29,875 bases of DNA from a virus (IMGVR_UViG_3300010366_000046:1-29875), one strand, 5' to 3'; counted from the stretch's first letter, positions 1 through 8,013 are shown. Program-made: numbers and translations. Notes: a model not told the origin generated them from the sequence alone.

Positions 1-759
1 CGACGTGAAGGACGTGGAGCTGCGAGACTTCACATACACCGACCCGAAGGTCTTACATGCGTTCTTCTGTACGATCCCAGCGCAGGTCAGGTTGATCGCT
101 GCCTCACCGAACTGCTGCGCTGGCCGGTCGACGGCCGGGTTGCCGCCCAGGTTCTCTGAAACCGTAGCTGAGTTGGTCTGTGCCTCCTCGCACGTCCCAG
201 AGATGGTCTGGCCAGTTCCCCAGTCACTACCGTTCCACACGTACTTGGTCAGCGTTGGCGTGTTCGACCCGCCCTGGAAGGCGTAGTTGATGAGCACGTC
301 GTTGACCGTCCGAACCAACACCTTCGGCCCCGGCGTTGTCAAATCCGGCTGTGCGGCCGCATTCAACTCGAAGTCGAAGTTGACCGTCCCCGACTGGTTC
401 TCGCGTGACCAGGCGATATACATGAATGTATCCCCCTGGATCACCTCACCCGCTACCGCGAACCGTGCGAGATCGGCCTTGCTGTTCGGGATCGAACCCG
501 CCACCACTGTGGTGTTGACGTCGTTCTCCTTCGCACCCTGCCCAAAGGAGTTGTCAGTCGTCCCCGTCGGAAGGTCTACGCCCACAGCCAGACCGGGTGC
601 GTTCACCCAGTCATGGTTGCCTGGCGTATTGACGATGAGGTTCCCGTCGCCACCCTCGAACGTGGAGTTTGCCAAGTTGGCTCCGGCGCCGGTCACAAAG
701 AGCACCGCCGCTACCGCTGCACCCAACATGGCGAGTACAACTAGCAACTGCTTCCGCAT
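1..759 (-). CDS. Secreted/surface-type protein with N-terminal signal peptide; C-terminus runs off the window
   Basis: Absent from the ORF track because no stop lies in the window. ATG at 759 with AAGGAGAG RBS, frame open to base 1: MRKQLLVVLAMLGAAVAAVLFVTGAGA|NLANSTFEGGDGNL...SIPNSKADL...FGEAAINLT...VKSRSSTSFTS. Basic n-region, hydrophobic h-region, AxA site, then N/T/G/S-rich beta-type sequence. Confidence 0.8.
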   Translation of the reverse strand, partial: MRKQLLVVLAMLGAAVAAVLFVTGAGANLANSTFEGGDGNLIVNTPGNHDWVNAPGLAVGVDLPTGTTDNSFGQGAKENDVNTTVVAGSIPNSKADLARFAVAGEVIQGDTFMYIAWSRENQSGTVNFDFELNAAAQPDLTTPGPKVLVRTVNDVLINYAFQGGSNTPTLTKYVWNGSDWGTGQTISGTCEEAQTNSATVSENLGGNPAVDRPAQQFGEAAINLTCAGIVQKNACKTFGSVYVKSRSSTSFTS

Positions 760-835
760 TTGCCCTCTCTCCTTACATATGCTGCCGTTGGCAGCCTCGC
801 CCCGTTATGAGGCAAGCTATCAAATCTTTGGGTCC

Positions 836-1018
836 TCATGCAATGGGTGTTGCTGCCGCTGCATCCTTTGTCTTGTGCCACTTCCTAGCGCAGGGAGCTG
901 AACAGAACGGGTCGCCGTACTCGATGGCACGCTCGGGACGCTCACCACCGCAGACAGCACACGTTCCACCCTCCCCTGGAGGTGGGTCGGGCTTCGCCCG
1001 CCAGATCGGGGGCTTCAC
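836..1018 (-). CDS. Small Cys4 zinc-binding protein
   Basis: CAVC...FCSAPC pattern; start overlaps the upstream stop at 1015-1018. Confidence 0.7.
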   Translation of the reverse strand: MKPPIWRAKPDPPPGEGGTCAVCGGERPERAIEYGDPFCSAPCARKWHKTKDAAAATPIA

Positions 1019-1239
1019 GCTACCACTCCGACCTTCCGCTTCGGCGCAGCGTTAACGCCCTCCTCGATGATGGCCTTTCTATAGGGTTCCATCACTGTGT
1101 TGACCGCGTCGATCAGGTCCACGAAGTACTCACTACTGTTGTTGCTTCGCGCGACGATCAGCCCCCTTAGGAAGTTCTCAGCTTCGTCGGGGTCGTCGAT
1201 GGTGATGAAGAACTTGCGTGGCTTGAAGTCAACTGCCAT
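1015..1239 (-). CDS. Hypothetical protein (74 aa)
   Basis: MAVDFKPRKFF... start with AAGGAGGAG RBS; TAATG coupling with the upstream ORF. Confidence 0.75.
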   Translation of the reverse strand: MAVDFKPRKFFITIDDPDEAENFLRGLIVARSNNSSEYFVDLIDAVNTVMEPYRKAIIEEGVNAAPKRKVGVVA

Positions 1240-1415
1240 TACTCCTCCTTTGTGGTAAAGACGTCGAACCCGCAGTGATCGCACGAGAGGTGTCCGTCGT
1301 CTACGTGGTACATCACACCCTCCTCACACTGTGGGCACATATCACCCTCTACTAGCGCTTCTTCGTCTTGATTGGTTGGTACATCTCCAGGTAATCCACG
1401 ATCTTGCTTCTTCAA
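1239..1415 (-). CDS. Small zinc-ribbon protein (58 aa, not in ORF track)
   Basis: Manual translation MKKQDRGLPGDVPTNQDEEALVEGDMCPQCEEGVMYHVDDGHLSCDHCGFDVFTTKEE with CPQC/CDHC. TTG start overlaps the upstream TGA; stop overlaps the downstream ATG. Confidence 0.7.
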   Translation of the reverse strand: MKKQDRGLPGDVPTNQDEEALVEGDMCPQCEEGVMYHVDDGHLSCDHCGFDVFTTKEE

Positions 1416-2143
1416 CGCTTCTTTCTCCTCCTCGCTCGACGCACTCCTGGCTTAAACTTTCTTATCGTCCAGGGCTGATTGCTCCTTCTCATCTTGGGAT
1501 CTCGATTGGTGCACCCACAGAACTCACACCGCATCTCCCTCAGCTTGCGCTCGTTCCAGTCGTACCGTTGCTTCTCAGCATTCCACTCCTTGCGCAGCGC
1601 GAAGAAGTGCAGCTCGGGTATGATAGCCCTGAAACGCCTAGCTGTCATACACCGCGGGCACCATCGCCACGGGAGAGGAATCTTGTTGCGGAGTGTGGCG
1701 GGTATATCATACCCGACGCTACGGGAGATAATAGCAACTCGAGGATCCACATACTGGACCCGAGTCGCTATGAAGTCGAAGGCAGCGTAGGGCGTGGCAA
1801 ATCGTTTGCGCAGACGCTTATTCGTCTTGGGGCTGACCCACGTCACTGCCCATGGGTACTGCACGGTGATTTGCCCATTCACTAAAGTCTTTCGCAGACA
1901 AAGTCTTACCCCAAACGGCACCTTCCAAGTAGACCCATCCGAAGCGTGGAACATGCCGGCTGCGTCGATATGCTTACCATATCGGCGGTGGCGGTCTTGG
2001 ATAGCACGACGAACCCTCGCGTTCTGAGCGTAGTCCCCCTGCATCAGGCGGCCCGTCTCACCCGCGCCGTACAAATCGCTTATGCGCAGGGCCGCCCTTC
2101 TCACCTCCCGCACTGAGCGCTTAGTCGTCTTCGACATGGTCAT
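1412..2143 (-). CDS. Arg-rich protein with split Cys4 zinc ribbon, probable nucleic-acid binding
   Basis: CPRC...CEFC, very basic composition; start uncertain (2143 or 2137). Confidence 0.7.
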   Translation of the reverse strand: MTMSKTTKRSVREVRRAALRISDLYGAGETGRLMQGDYAQNARVRRAIQDRHRRYGKHIDAAGMFHASDGSTWKVPFGVRLCLRKTLVNGQITVQYPWAVTWVSPKTNKRLRKRFATPYAAFDFIATRVQYVDPRVAIISRSVGYDIPATLRNKIPLPWRWCPRCMTARRFRAIIPELHFFALRKEWNAEKQRYDWNERKLREMRCEFCGCTNRDPKMRRSNQPWTIRKFKPGVRRARRRKKR

Positions 2144-2348
2144 CCAATGCCTCGCCAAACGCGGTGAACTCCATCATCTCCTGCACCAATCGATCCGAGA
2201 TAGCCTCGATTTTCTCCACAAAGTTCTCCTGCACCTCCTCCGGATAGCGATTCATCACCGACCCGATCAGTCCCACAGTCACGAGCAGGTCGATTGATGT
2301 TACCGCCAGCTTCGACTTGGCACTCTCGTAATCGTAGTCTCCTACCAC
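2121..2348 (-). CDS. Acidic hypothetical protein (75 aa)
   Basis: First ORF after the minus-strand promoter at 2392-2420; helical, acidic composition. Confidence 0.65.
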   Translation of the reverse strand: MVGDYDYESAKSKLAVTSIDLLVTVGLIGSVMNRYPEEVQENFVEKIEAISDRLVQEMMEFTAFGEALDDHVEDD

Positions 2349-2391
2349 TTACCCATGCTCCCTCCCTGTGGTGTTTGTGTGCGTACAACAC

Positions 2392-2420
2392 ATATTATCA
2401 TTCCCGAAATCGGCCTGCAA
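2392..2420 (-). promoter_or_regulatory. Sigma70-type promoter, leftward
   Basis: TTGCAG-17 nt-TAATAT on the minus strand in a divergent intergenic region. Confidence 0.55.
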
Positions 2421-2452
2421 CACATCCACGTGGCTAGACCATGGAGTTGTGA

Positions 2453-2467
2453 TACAATAGGTACATG
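2453..2467 (+). promoter_or_regulatory. -10 box for a probable leaderless transcript
   Basis: TACAAT (2453-2458), 6 nt, then ATG 2465; no Shine-Dalgarno; -35 weak. Confidence 0.5.
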
Positions 2468-2698
2468 AACTCGATTGAGGGCTTCCTTGTCACACCGGCC
2501 TGGGTAGCCAACCACTACGGCGTAACACGCATAACAGTCTATAGAGCTATTAGCGATGGCCGACTTAAGGCGATCAAGGTCATTGGTGCCCCTCGTCGGT
2601 CTCGGGCGGGGATGAATGAGCAGCGGTCGAACAATACCTACGCGCTGGACGTGCGGGAGTTGCCGGGGGTGTTTCCACGCACGAAGGGAGGAGCATGA
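2465..2698 (+). CDS. Excisionase/MerR-like (HTH_17-type) DNA-binding protein
   Basis: LVTPAWVANHYGVTRITVYRAISDGRLKAIKV matches the Xis-like HTH pattern. Confidence 0.8.
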   Translation: MNSIEGFLVTPAWVANHYGVTRITVYRAISDGRLKAIKVIGAPRRSRAGMNEQRSNNTYALDVRELPGVFPRTKGGA

Positions 2699-2699
2699 G

Positions 2700-2876
2700 G
2701 TGGAAGAGATTAAGCGATTAGAGGCTGCGCTGGCAGAAGCACGAGAAGCGCTGCGGCTCGTGCGCGACTGGATTCGCGACGGCAAAGGCAGCGAAGCTGA
2801 GGCCGCCGAATCCCTCGATGCAGCTCTTGCGGCTGCGGGGGAAGCCTCGGCGGCACGGGAGAAAGGAGGATCATGA
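2700..2876 (+). CDS. Small coiled-coil hypothetical protein
   Basis: GTG start, MEEIKRLEAALAEAREALRLV...; ATGA overlap with the primase gene. Confidence 0.6.
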   Translation: MEEIKRLEAALAEAREALRLVRDWIRDGKGSEAEAAESLDAALAAAGEASAAREKGGS

Positions 2877-4948
2877 GTGAGGCGTTGGCATTACCTCCTC
2901 AGGAGGCGGAGGAGTTTCTTGAGTACGTATGGGGCGAGCGCCCAGCGTGGGTAGATCTTCCCGCGAAGGTAGGCGCGTACTGGGTGCCCTGGCACTACAA
3001 CTACGATGGCGAGGTCGACGTTGCGATAACCCGCCGTATTGATACCTGCCTGCGCGACGCAGAAAGTCTGTACTTCTCTGTGGGCCAGTTCGCGAGGAAA
3101 GGACGACAGCTTGAAGACGCATTATCTACCGATTGGCTTTGGGCGGATCTTGACGAAGTTCACCCATCTACCGGAGCGGAGTTTGAACTTCTACCTACTG
3201 TCGCTTGGGAGTCGTCTCCCGGACGGTATCAAGCTCTCTGGCGCCTTAACCGAGAGCTACGTCCGCAAGTACAGACTAAGCTCAATCAAGCGCTTTCCTA
3301 TTTTCTTGGAGCCGACCACGGAGGATGGGACCTCACCCAAGTACTCCGCCTACCAGGTACTAGGAACTTCAAGTATCCCTCGTCCCCGGAAGTCCGTTTA
3401 TTGTGGTGCCACACCGACCTGGTCTACTCTGCCAAATGGGTCTGGCAAAAGGTTCGCGACAGTCTTCCTGTCGACTCTGATGCCACCAGACAAGGCGTTC
3501 TTAATGGACAGGGGCTTTCTGGCGTTGGACGACCGCGAGGCATGCCGGCTAGAGTTCGGGCTCTGCTTCGCGTTCCACCCGACTCTGTGGTCGAGGGTGA
3601 GCGATCCTCGAAACTCTGGCTTATTGAGTGTCTGCTTGCAGAAGCTGGATGGGGAGAGGATGACATCTTCGCCGTCGTCGAACCCTGCGCCTGGAACAAA
3701 TGGGCACGGGTAGCTACAGGCGAACGTCGGCTACGGTCTGAAATACGAAAGGCTATCCATCACGTGGCAAGAAAGAAAGCTGCAGCAGCTCGTACAGCCG
3801 AGAGTGCTGGACGTAGGGGCGATGATGCAGATTCTGACGGAGAACGGGCTGACGACCCGGACTCTGCGCCCGCGCAGGTGGTACTCCCGTTTGTACGCTA
3901 CGCTTCGTTCATGGCCATGGAGATGGAGGAACCGCGGTGGCTGATCAAAGATATCTGGACAGCACATTCGCACGGCATCTTTGGCGGGGAGCCGAAGACG
4001 TCGAAGTCTACATTGTCTTTGGCCCTCGGACTGAGCGTCGCTTCTGGGAAGCCATTTCTCGGGAAGTACCCGGTGCACACGCCTGGCAGCGTTCTGTTGA
4101 TTCAAGAGGAGAACGCCCAGTGGTCTGTGCAGGATCTCTTGCGCAAGTTGGCGCACTTCTACGGTTTGTTGAAGAGCTCGGAGATCAAGGAACGGAGAGC
4201 TCCTCGGGGTAGTCTCGGGCGTACAATCGTCGAGCTGGAGTTCCCATCCGACGTGCCGTTGCGGATGCTCAACAACTACGGGTTCGATCTGACCACAGAG
4301 GAACACAGGGAAGCGCTGTGGGCTGAGTGCGAACTTGTTCGCCCCGCGTTGGTCATCCTCGACCCGTTGTATCTGATACTACCCGGCATTGATACCGACA
4401 AGGGGCGAGAAGTGACGCCGTTTCTCAAGTGGATCCTCGCGTTGCGGAACGAGTTCGGTTGCGCCGTGATGATTAACCATCACATGGGCAAGCTGAACCT
4501 GACGGCGAATGGAAATCGACGAGCGGGCCAGCGTCTGCTAGGAAGTACATTGTTCCACGGGTGGGTTGATTCAGCACTGTACGCTGATGCTATAGAGGTA
4601 GATCGCGTAGGGTGGGTTGGGGCACGTATCGAGCGGGAGTTTAGGTCAATGGCACCGCAGAAGACGTTGGAGGTCAAGATGTTCCTGGGCGAGCCGGGTG
4701 AACTCGGCATCGAATGTGAGGTTAATACTCAAGATCTGCAGCAGATGATTGAAGACGCTGTGATGAGTGAGCCGGGGATCACCGTCAATCAGCTTGCCGA
4801 GATGTTAGGGAAGGATCGAAGAACTGTACTGGGGAGGAGTCGTGATTCTCAAGTGGTGGAAGTCAAGACGAGTGCGGGCGGACGAGGAAAATCTCATCGT
4901 CTCTACCCGTCGGCTAACGGAGCTTCATCGAATGGAGGATCAGCGTGA
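2873..4948 (+). CDS. Bifunctional RepB-like DNA primase / RecA-fold (AAA_25, RepA-like) helicase with C-terminal HTH
   Basis: Primase motifs LWADLD, WESSPGRYQALW, DLTQVLRLPGTRN; P-loop GGEPKTSKST; LLIQEE; Walker B LVILDP; INHHMGK; LLGS; C-terminal ITVNQLAEMLGKDRRTV. Confidence 0.88.
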   Translation: MSEALALPPQEAEEFLEYVWGERPAWVDLPAKVGAYWVPWHYNYDGEVDVAITRRIDTCLRDAESLYFSVGQFARKGRQLEDALSTDWLWADLDEVHPSTGAEFELLPTVAWESSPGRYQALWRLNRELRPQVQTKLNQALSYFLGADHGGWDLTQVLRLPGTRNFKYPSSPEVRLLWCHTDLVYSAKWVWQKVRDSLPVDSDATRQGVLNGQGLSGVGRPRGMPARVRALLRVPPDSVVEGERSSKLWLIECLLAEAGWGEDDIFAVVEPCAWNKWARVATGERRLRSEIRKAIHHVARKKAAAARTAESAGRRGDDADSDGERADDPDSAPAQVVLPFVRYASFMAMEMEEPRWLIKDIWTAHSHGIFGGEPKTSKSTLSLALGLSVASGKPFLGKYPVHTPGSVLLIQEENAQWSVQDLLRKLAHFYGLLKSSEIKERRAPRGSLGRTIVELEFPSDVPLRMLNNYGFDLTTEEHREALWAECELVRPALVILDPLYLILPGIDTDKGREVTPFLKWILALRNEFGCAVMINHHMGKLNLTANGNRRAGQRLLGSTLFHGWVDSALYADAIEVDRVGWVGARIEREFRSMAPQKTLEVKMFLGEPGELGIECEVNTQDLQQMIEDAVMSEPGITVNQLAEMLGKDRRTVLGRSRDSQVVEVKTSAGGRGKSHRLYPSANGASSNGGSA

Positions 4949-5091
4949 AGCACAGGAACTTGACAGCGCCACAGAGGAAGTGGTTGCGGGAGGAAGTGCA
5001 TCGACGCTCGAAGCGGCGAGCGGCGCGGGAGAACAGGATCAGGTTGCCGATTCTGAGGCAGGATGAGCGCGTCGCCCAAGGCCTTCAATGA
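4945..5091 (+). CDS. Small basic hypothetical protein (48 aa, not in ORF track)
   Basis: GGAGG RBS and GTGA overlap with the primase stop; MKHRNLTAPQRKWLREEVHRRSKRRAARENRIRLPILRQDERVAQGLQ. Confidence 0.5.
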   Translation: MKHRNLTAPQRKWLREEVHRRSKRRAARENRIRLPILRQDERVAQGLQ

Positions 5092-5277
5092 CTAAACTAC
5101 TATGGTAGGCGGTCGCCGGATGGATCCGCTCAGTCCCCGTCCGGGGGAAGAGTACAGGTGGACGCGCTCATCGTGTCTTCTGAATGGCAACTACTTTGAA
5201 CATGACACGAAACATAGCATTCCACGGTCGAACTACAGGTAGAAAGGTGACAAGGATATTTACTGTGCTTAGCGTAT

Positions 5278-5330
5278 TAATATACCCACTACAACATATA
5301 CTGAAAGTATATATGTTGTGTGGTATATTA
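5278..5330. repeat. AT-rich imperfect inverted repeat (candidate origin/ssi hairpin or operator)
   Basis: TAATATACCCACTACAACATATACT-GAA-AGTATATATGTTGTGTGGTATATTA in an otherwise GC-rich sequence. Confidence 0.75.
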
Positions 5331-5359
5331 CTTGTTGCACATGCCAGTTTGGAGGGTTT

Positions 5360-5935
5360 ATGATGAGTGACCCCGTGTTCATGAGCCACCCATCGGACGT
5401 GCTCCTTATGGCCTGGGGTAACACGGTTGGGAGCGAGTACCAACTGGGGCGGCTCGCGATGGCCCTTGAAGTGATAACCTCAATACGAAGTATTGAAGAT
5501 GTGCCCGTGCTCGATGAACACTGCAAGGCCACTGTGGTCGCTGCGCTTGAAACCTTGATCGTAGATCAAGACCTTGAGGATGCGTACACGCTGTATGCCG
5601 AACTGTGTGATTGGCGTCAGGTCAGGTTTGTGCCCGACGTTTCGCTGCCTGGTACCGGCGCGATTGACGTAGCGCTATTTGCTGTTGATGACGAGTCCGC
5701 TTCTCCTGACGCCGCTCTTGAAGAAGCTGATTCTCGAACTGCCAAGACTCGTGCATTGACTGAGCTACATCGAAGTCAGGATGCTTCGCCCACTTCCGAG
5801 CCAGAGGAACGGCTCTACGAAGTAGAGCAAGCGCTGTCGAGCGCTGGATCCAGATCACCTGAAGCCCCGACTGAATCCGAAGATAGCCTGGGGCAAACTC
5901 AACTACCAGTCGATTTCGACCATCCTGAAACTTGA
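5360..5935 (+). CDS. Acidic hypothetical protein (191 aa)
   Basis: GGAGGG RBS before ATG ATG; TG-n-TATATT extended -10 at 5321-5329; 3' half overlaps an antisense ORF. Confidence 0.5.
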   Translation: MMSDPVFMSHPSDVLLMAWGNTVGSEYQLGRLAMALEVITSIRSIEDVPVLDEHCKATVVAALETLIVDQDLEDAYTLYAELCDWRQVRFVPDVSLPGTGAIDVALFAVDDESASPDAALEEADSRTAKTRALTELHRSQDASPTSEPEERLYEVEQALSSAGSRSPEAPTESEDSLGQTQLPVDFDHPET

Positions 5936-5987
5936 GCTGTGGGTAATGACCGTGCTTCTTGAAGTAAGACTCGAATGGGTGAGTCAT
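5622..5987 (-). CDS. Basic hypothetical protein (121 aa)
   Basis: MTHPFESYFKKHGHYPQLKF...; same orientation as the neighbouring early genes, but overlaps the plus ORF by 314 nt. Confidence 0.45.
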   Translation of the reverse strand: MTHPFESYFKKHGHYPQLKFQDGRNRLVVEFAPGYLRIQSGLQVIWIQRSTALALLRRAVPLARKWAKHPDFDVAQSMHESWQFENQLLQERRQEKRTRHQQQIALRQSRRYQAAKRRAQT

Positions 5988-6046
5988 AGGCCCTCGATTC
6001 GTCGTGTGAACGTGTGCGTTGGTACGAAATACGGGCGTTTTGGGGA

Positions 6047-6113
6047 CGCCGAGGTCATGTTGCGCGATTCGACGTGTACGTGTATGTCGACGTGAAGTCC
6101 TGCGACCTAGGCG
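6047..6113. repeat. Dyad element copy A: CGCCGAGGTC-N47-GACCTAGGCG
   Basis: 10-bp inverted arms (1 mismatch) with the same spacer length as copy B at 8120-8186. Confidence 0.7.
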
Positions 6114-6131
6114 ACCGGTGGTGTAGGGCAT

Positions 6132-6167
6132 AAAAAAGGACGGGTGCCCGTGTTGGCACACCCGCCC
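6132..6167 (-). terminator. Intrinsic terminator
   Basis: GGGCGGGTG-loop-CACCCGTCC followed by TTTTTT on the minus strand, just after the stop at 6200. Confidence 0.85.
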
Positions 6168-6199
6168 ATTGTACTGCCTTCAGCTGAAGGTAGCCGGCG

Positions 6200-6805
6200 T
6201 TACCGCTTCCGCCTGGCTGTGGACGACTTCTTGGACGTCGTCTTCTTGGTGCGACGCGGGGGAGCTTCCTCCTCCTCGTCCTCGTCTTCGTCGTCCTCCT
6301 CGTCTTCGTCCTCATCGACGGGCGCCTTCTTCTTCGTCGTCTTGCCCTTCGACTTGGACACCCGCTCCTTCAACTCCTCGAGCCGCTCCTTGCGCGACTC
6401 GCCCAACGCCTCCTTCGCCTCGTCGAGGTCGTCGAAGCCGAGCGCTTCGAGTGCATCGTCGATGCTGTCCCACTCGTAGCGGTTGTTCTCGTTCTTCTTG
6501 ACCTTCTTCTGGCGAAGCATGACGCGGAGCTCACGACCCGACGTCTCGAGGGCCTCGGCGAGTTCAGCGGAGCCGATGGTGTCGGACTCCTTCTTCTTCT
6601 TCGCCTTGGCCTTCGTCGTCTTCTTCTTGCGACGAGGCGCCTCCTCGTCCTCGTCCTCCTCCTCGTCATCCTCGTCGACTTCGTCTTCGTCGACTTCGTC
6701 TGCGAGGTCCTCGAGATCGAGCTCGTCGTCGTCCTCTTCCTCGACGGTCTCCTCGTCCTCGACCTCTTCGATCTCCACACGCTTCTTGGTTCTCTTCGTA
6801 GCCAC
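6200..6805 (-). CDS. Poly-acidic/poly-basic low-complexity protein with central winged-HTH-like domain
   Basis: AAGGAGG RBS 8 nt before GTG 6805 (alternative ATG 6811); D/E blocks and K/R blocks flank IGSAELAEALETSGRELRVMLRQKKVKKNENNRYEW; has its own promoter and terminator. Confidence 0.85.
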   Translation of the reverse strand: MATKRTKKRVEIEEVEDEETVEEEDDDELDLEDLADEVDEDEVDEDDEEEDEDEEAPRRKKKTTKAKAKKKKESDTIGSAELAEALETSGRELRVMLRQKKVKKNENNRYEWDSIDDALEALGFDDLDEAKEALGESRKERLEELKERVSKSKGKTTKKKAPVDEDEDEEDDEDEDEEEEAPPRRTKKTTSKKSSTARRKR

Positions 6806-6865
6806 TTGCATGTCCTCCTTGTTGTTGACTGTGGCATTGACGAGTGCTGAAGAACGCACTCCTCA

Positions 6866-6894
6866 ATCTTATCATACCCGCGCTGCCATGTCAA
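6866..6894 (-). promoter_or_regulatory. Sigma70-type promoter
   Basis: TTGACA-17 nt-TAAGAT on the minus strand. Confidence 0.8.
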
Positions 6895-7018
6895 ATGCTG
6901 GCCAATGACCACCGAGGCGCGCGTGGCAGGACTTCATCGCTGGCGTTTCTTCGCGACGTGCCGAACCCATCCGATTACGACTGCGAGGCTGATGAGTGAG
7001 AGCAGGAACAGCTGTGAT

Positions 7019-7456
7019 TTATCCATCAGTAGCGCTCGCAGTGTTGTACCCGACCTGATGACCCGCGAACCACCATCGCATGGCGAGTACGCGGCTCTTG
7101 TCGTCCTCGATCATCCACGGGAAGTGAAGCTCGCAATCGGGGTCAGCGTCTTCGCGTGTGATGAGCGATGGGTACATCGCGCTGCCTGTCCGTTCCTTCG
7201 CCTTGCGTTGGCATGTGCATGGGTTCTGCTGTTCGTCCGTCGCCACCTCTCTGTGGGCCTTATCGTACTCCCAGGTGCCTGGGGTGTCGAAGCTCTTGGC
7301 GTAGGATAGGGTGAATGATGTGAGAACTTCTCCCAGACGGTTGGGAGCGGCTTGAAGGTCTTCGTCACGCTTGTTGGCTTCGTGTTCCTCCTTGAGGTTC
7401 TCGACGATGCTTTTGAGGTCCTCGAGGGCTTCGATGATGAGGTCGTAATCGACCAC
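7019..7456 (-). CDS. Hypothetical protein (145 aa)
   Basis: GGAGG RBS, GTG start coupled to the upstream stop; contains CTC...DPDCELH. Confidence 0.7.
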   Translation of the reverse strand: MVDYDLIIEALEDLKSIVENLKEEHEANKRDEDLQAAPNRLGEVLTSFTLSYAKSFDTPGTWEYDKAHREVATDEQQNPCTCQRKAKERTGSAMYPSLITREDADPDCELHFPWMIEDDKSRVLAMRWWFAGHQVGYNTASATDG

Positions 7457-7611
7457 TACTTACCTCCCTTGGTGTGAACGCGGATCTCAACGTCGACCAT
7501 CGCACGACCCGCCTCGTTGTCAGGCTGCTTTTTCGACTGCCACCCACAGGTGCAGGTGGCTTTGATCGTGCCTCGTGAGTAGATGTAGCTCCTCTTGTGC
7601 GTGGTGCTCAT
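7456..7611 (-). CDS. Small putative Zn-binding protein (51 aa)
   Basis: AAAGGAGG RBS; MSTTHKRS...ATCTCGWQS...IRVH (H...CxCGW...H). Confidence 0.65.
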   Translation of the reverse strand: MSTTHKRSYIYSRGTIKATCTCGWQSKKQPDNEAGRAMVDVEIRVHTKGGK

Positions 7612-7748
7612 GATCCTCCTTTGATGCGGTCGATGATGTTGGGCAGGACTTGGCAAAGATACTTGCGGATGATGTTGAGTTCGAGGCGAGCCTTTTGTAC
7701 GAGCCAACGATCTTCAGGCGTCACGACTTCCTCGTGCCATGACGCCAT
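7608..7748 (-). CDS. Hypothetical protein (46 aa, not in ORF track)
   Basis: MASWHEEVVTPEDRWLVQKARLELNIIRKYLCQVLPNIIDRIKGGS; TGATG and ATGA overlaps fill the gap exactly. Confidence 0.65.
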   Translation of the reverse strand: MASWHEEVVTPEDRWLVQKARLELNIIRKYLCQVLPNIIDRIKGGS

Positions 7749-7981
7749 CAGATGCGCTCGCTGTGTTCGGGTTTGTAATCCCAGATCACCTTGGGATTGA
7801 CGGTTGCGCCGGTGTGGTATCGCCTTAGATCTTCGCCTGCGTAAATGAGGCCGTAAGCGATGCCCCCGTCGAAGATGTTGTTGTATTGGACGATGCGGAC
7901 GACGCGGATGTCATCACCGGGGTACAACCCATTTCCCCGGATGATCTCATCGACAGTCTCCCGCGAGTTGATTGTTGCCAT
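7748..7981 (-). CDS. Hypothetical protein (77 aa)
   Basis: AAAGGAG RBS; first gene behind the promoter at 8014-8042. Confidence 0.75.
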   Translation of the reverse strand: MATINSRETVDEIIRGNGLYPGDDIRVVRIVQYNNIFDGGIAYGLIYAGEDLRRYHTGATVNPKVIWDYKPEHSERI

Positions 7982-8013
7982 GTGAGGAACTCCTTTCGCG
8001 TTGTTGTGCTCAC

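Noticed and set aside
760-835. Riboswitch or ncRNA in the leader of the secreted protein
   Set aside because: Only two short overlapping hairpins; no family consensus recognisable.
5-1055. Plus-strand ORFs 5-286, 287-901 and 669-1055
   Set aside because: Shadows of the minus-strand genes, which have RBS, signal peptide and coupled junctions.
2465-2698. Evidence for a temperate lifestyle from the Xis-like HTH
   Set aside because: This fold is common in lytic phages; no integrase, repressor or att site is visible in the window.
6144-6912. Poly-Ser and poly-Arg ORFs in alternative frames
   Set aside because: By-products of the GAG/GAC/AAG low-complexity coding of the 6200-6805 gene.
6093-6936. 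11-bp inverted pair TGAAGTCCTGC / GCAGGACTTCA flanking the charge-block gene as an invertible or IS boundary
   Set aside because: Short, with no recombinase or transposase and no target duplication; could be chance or a remnant of the dyad element.
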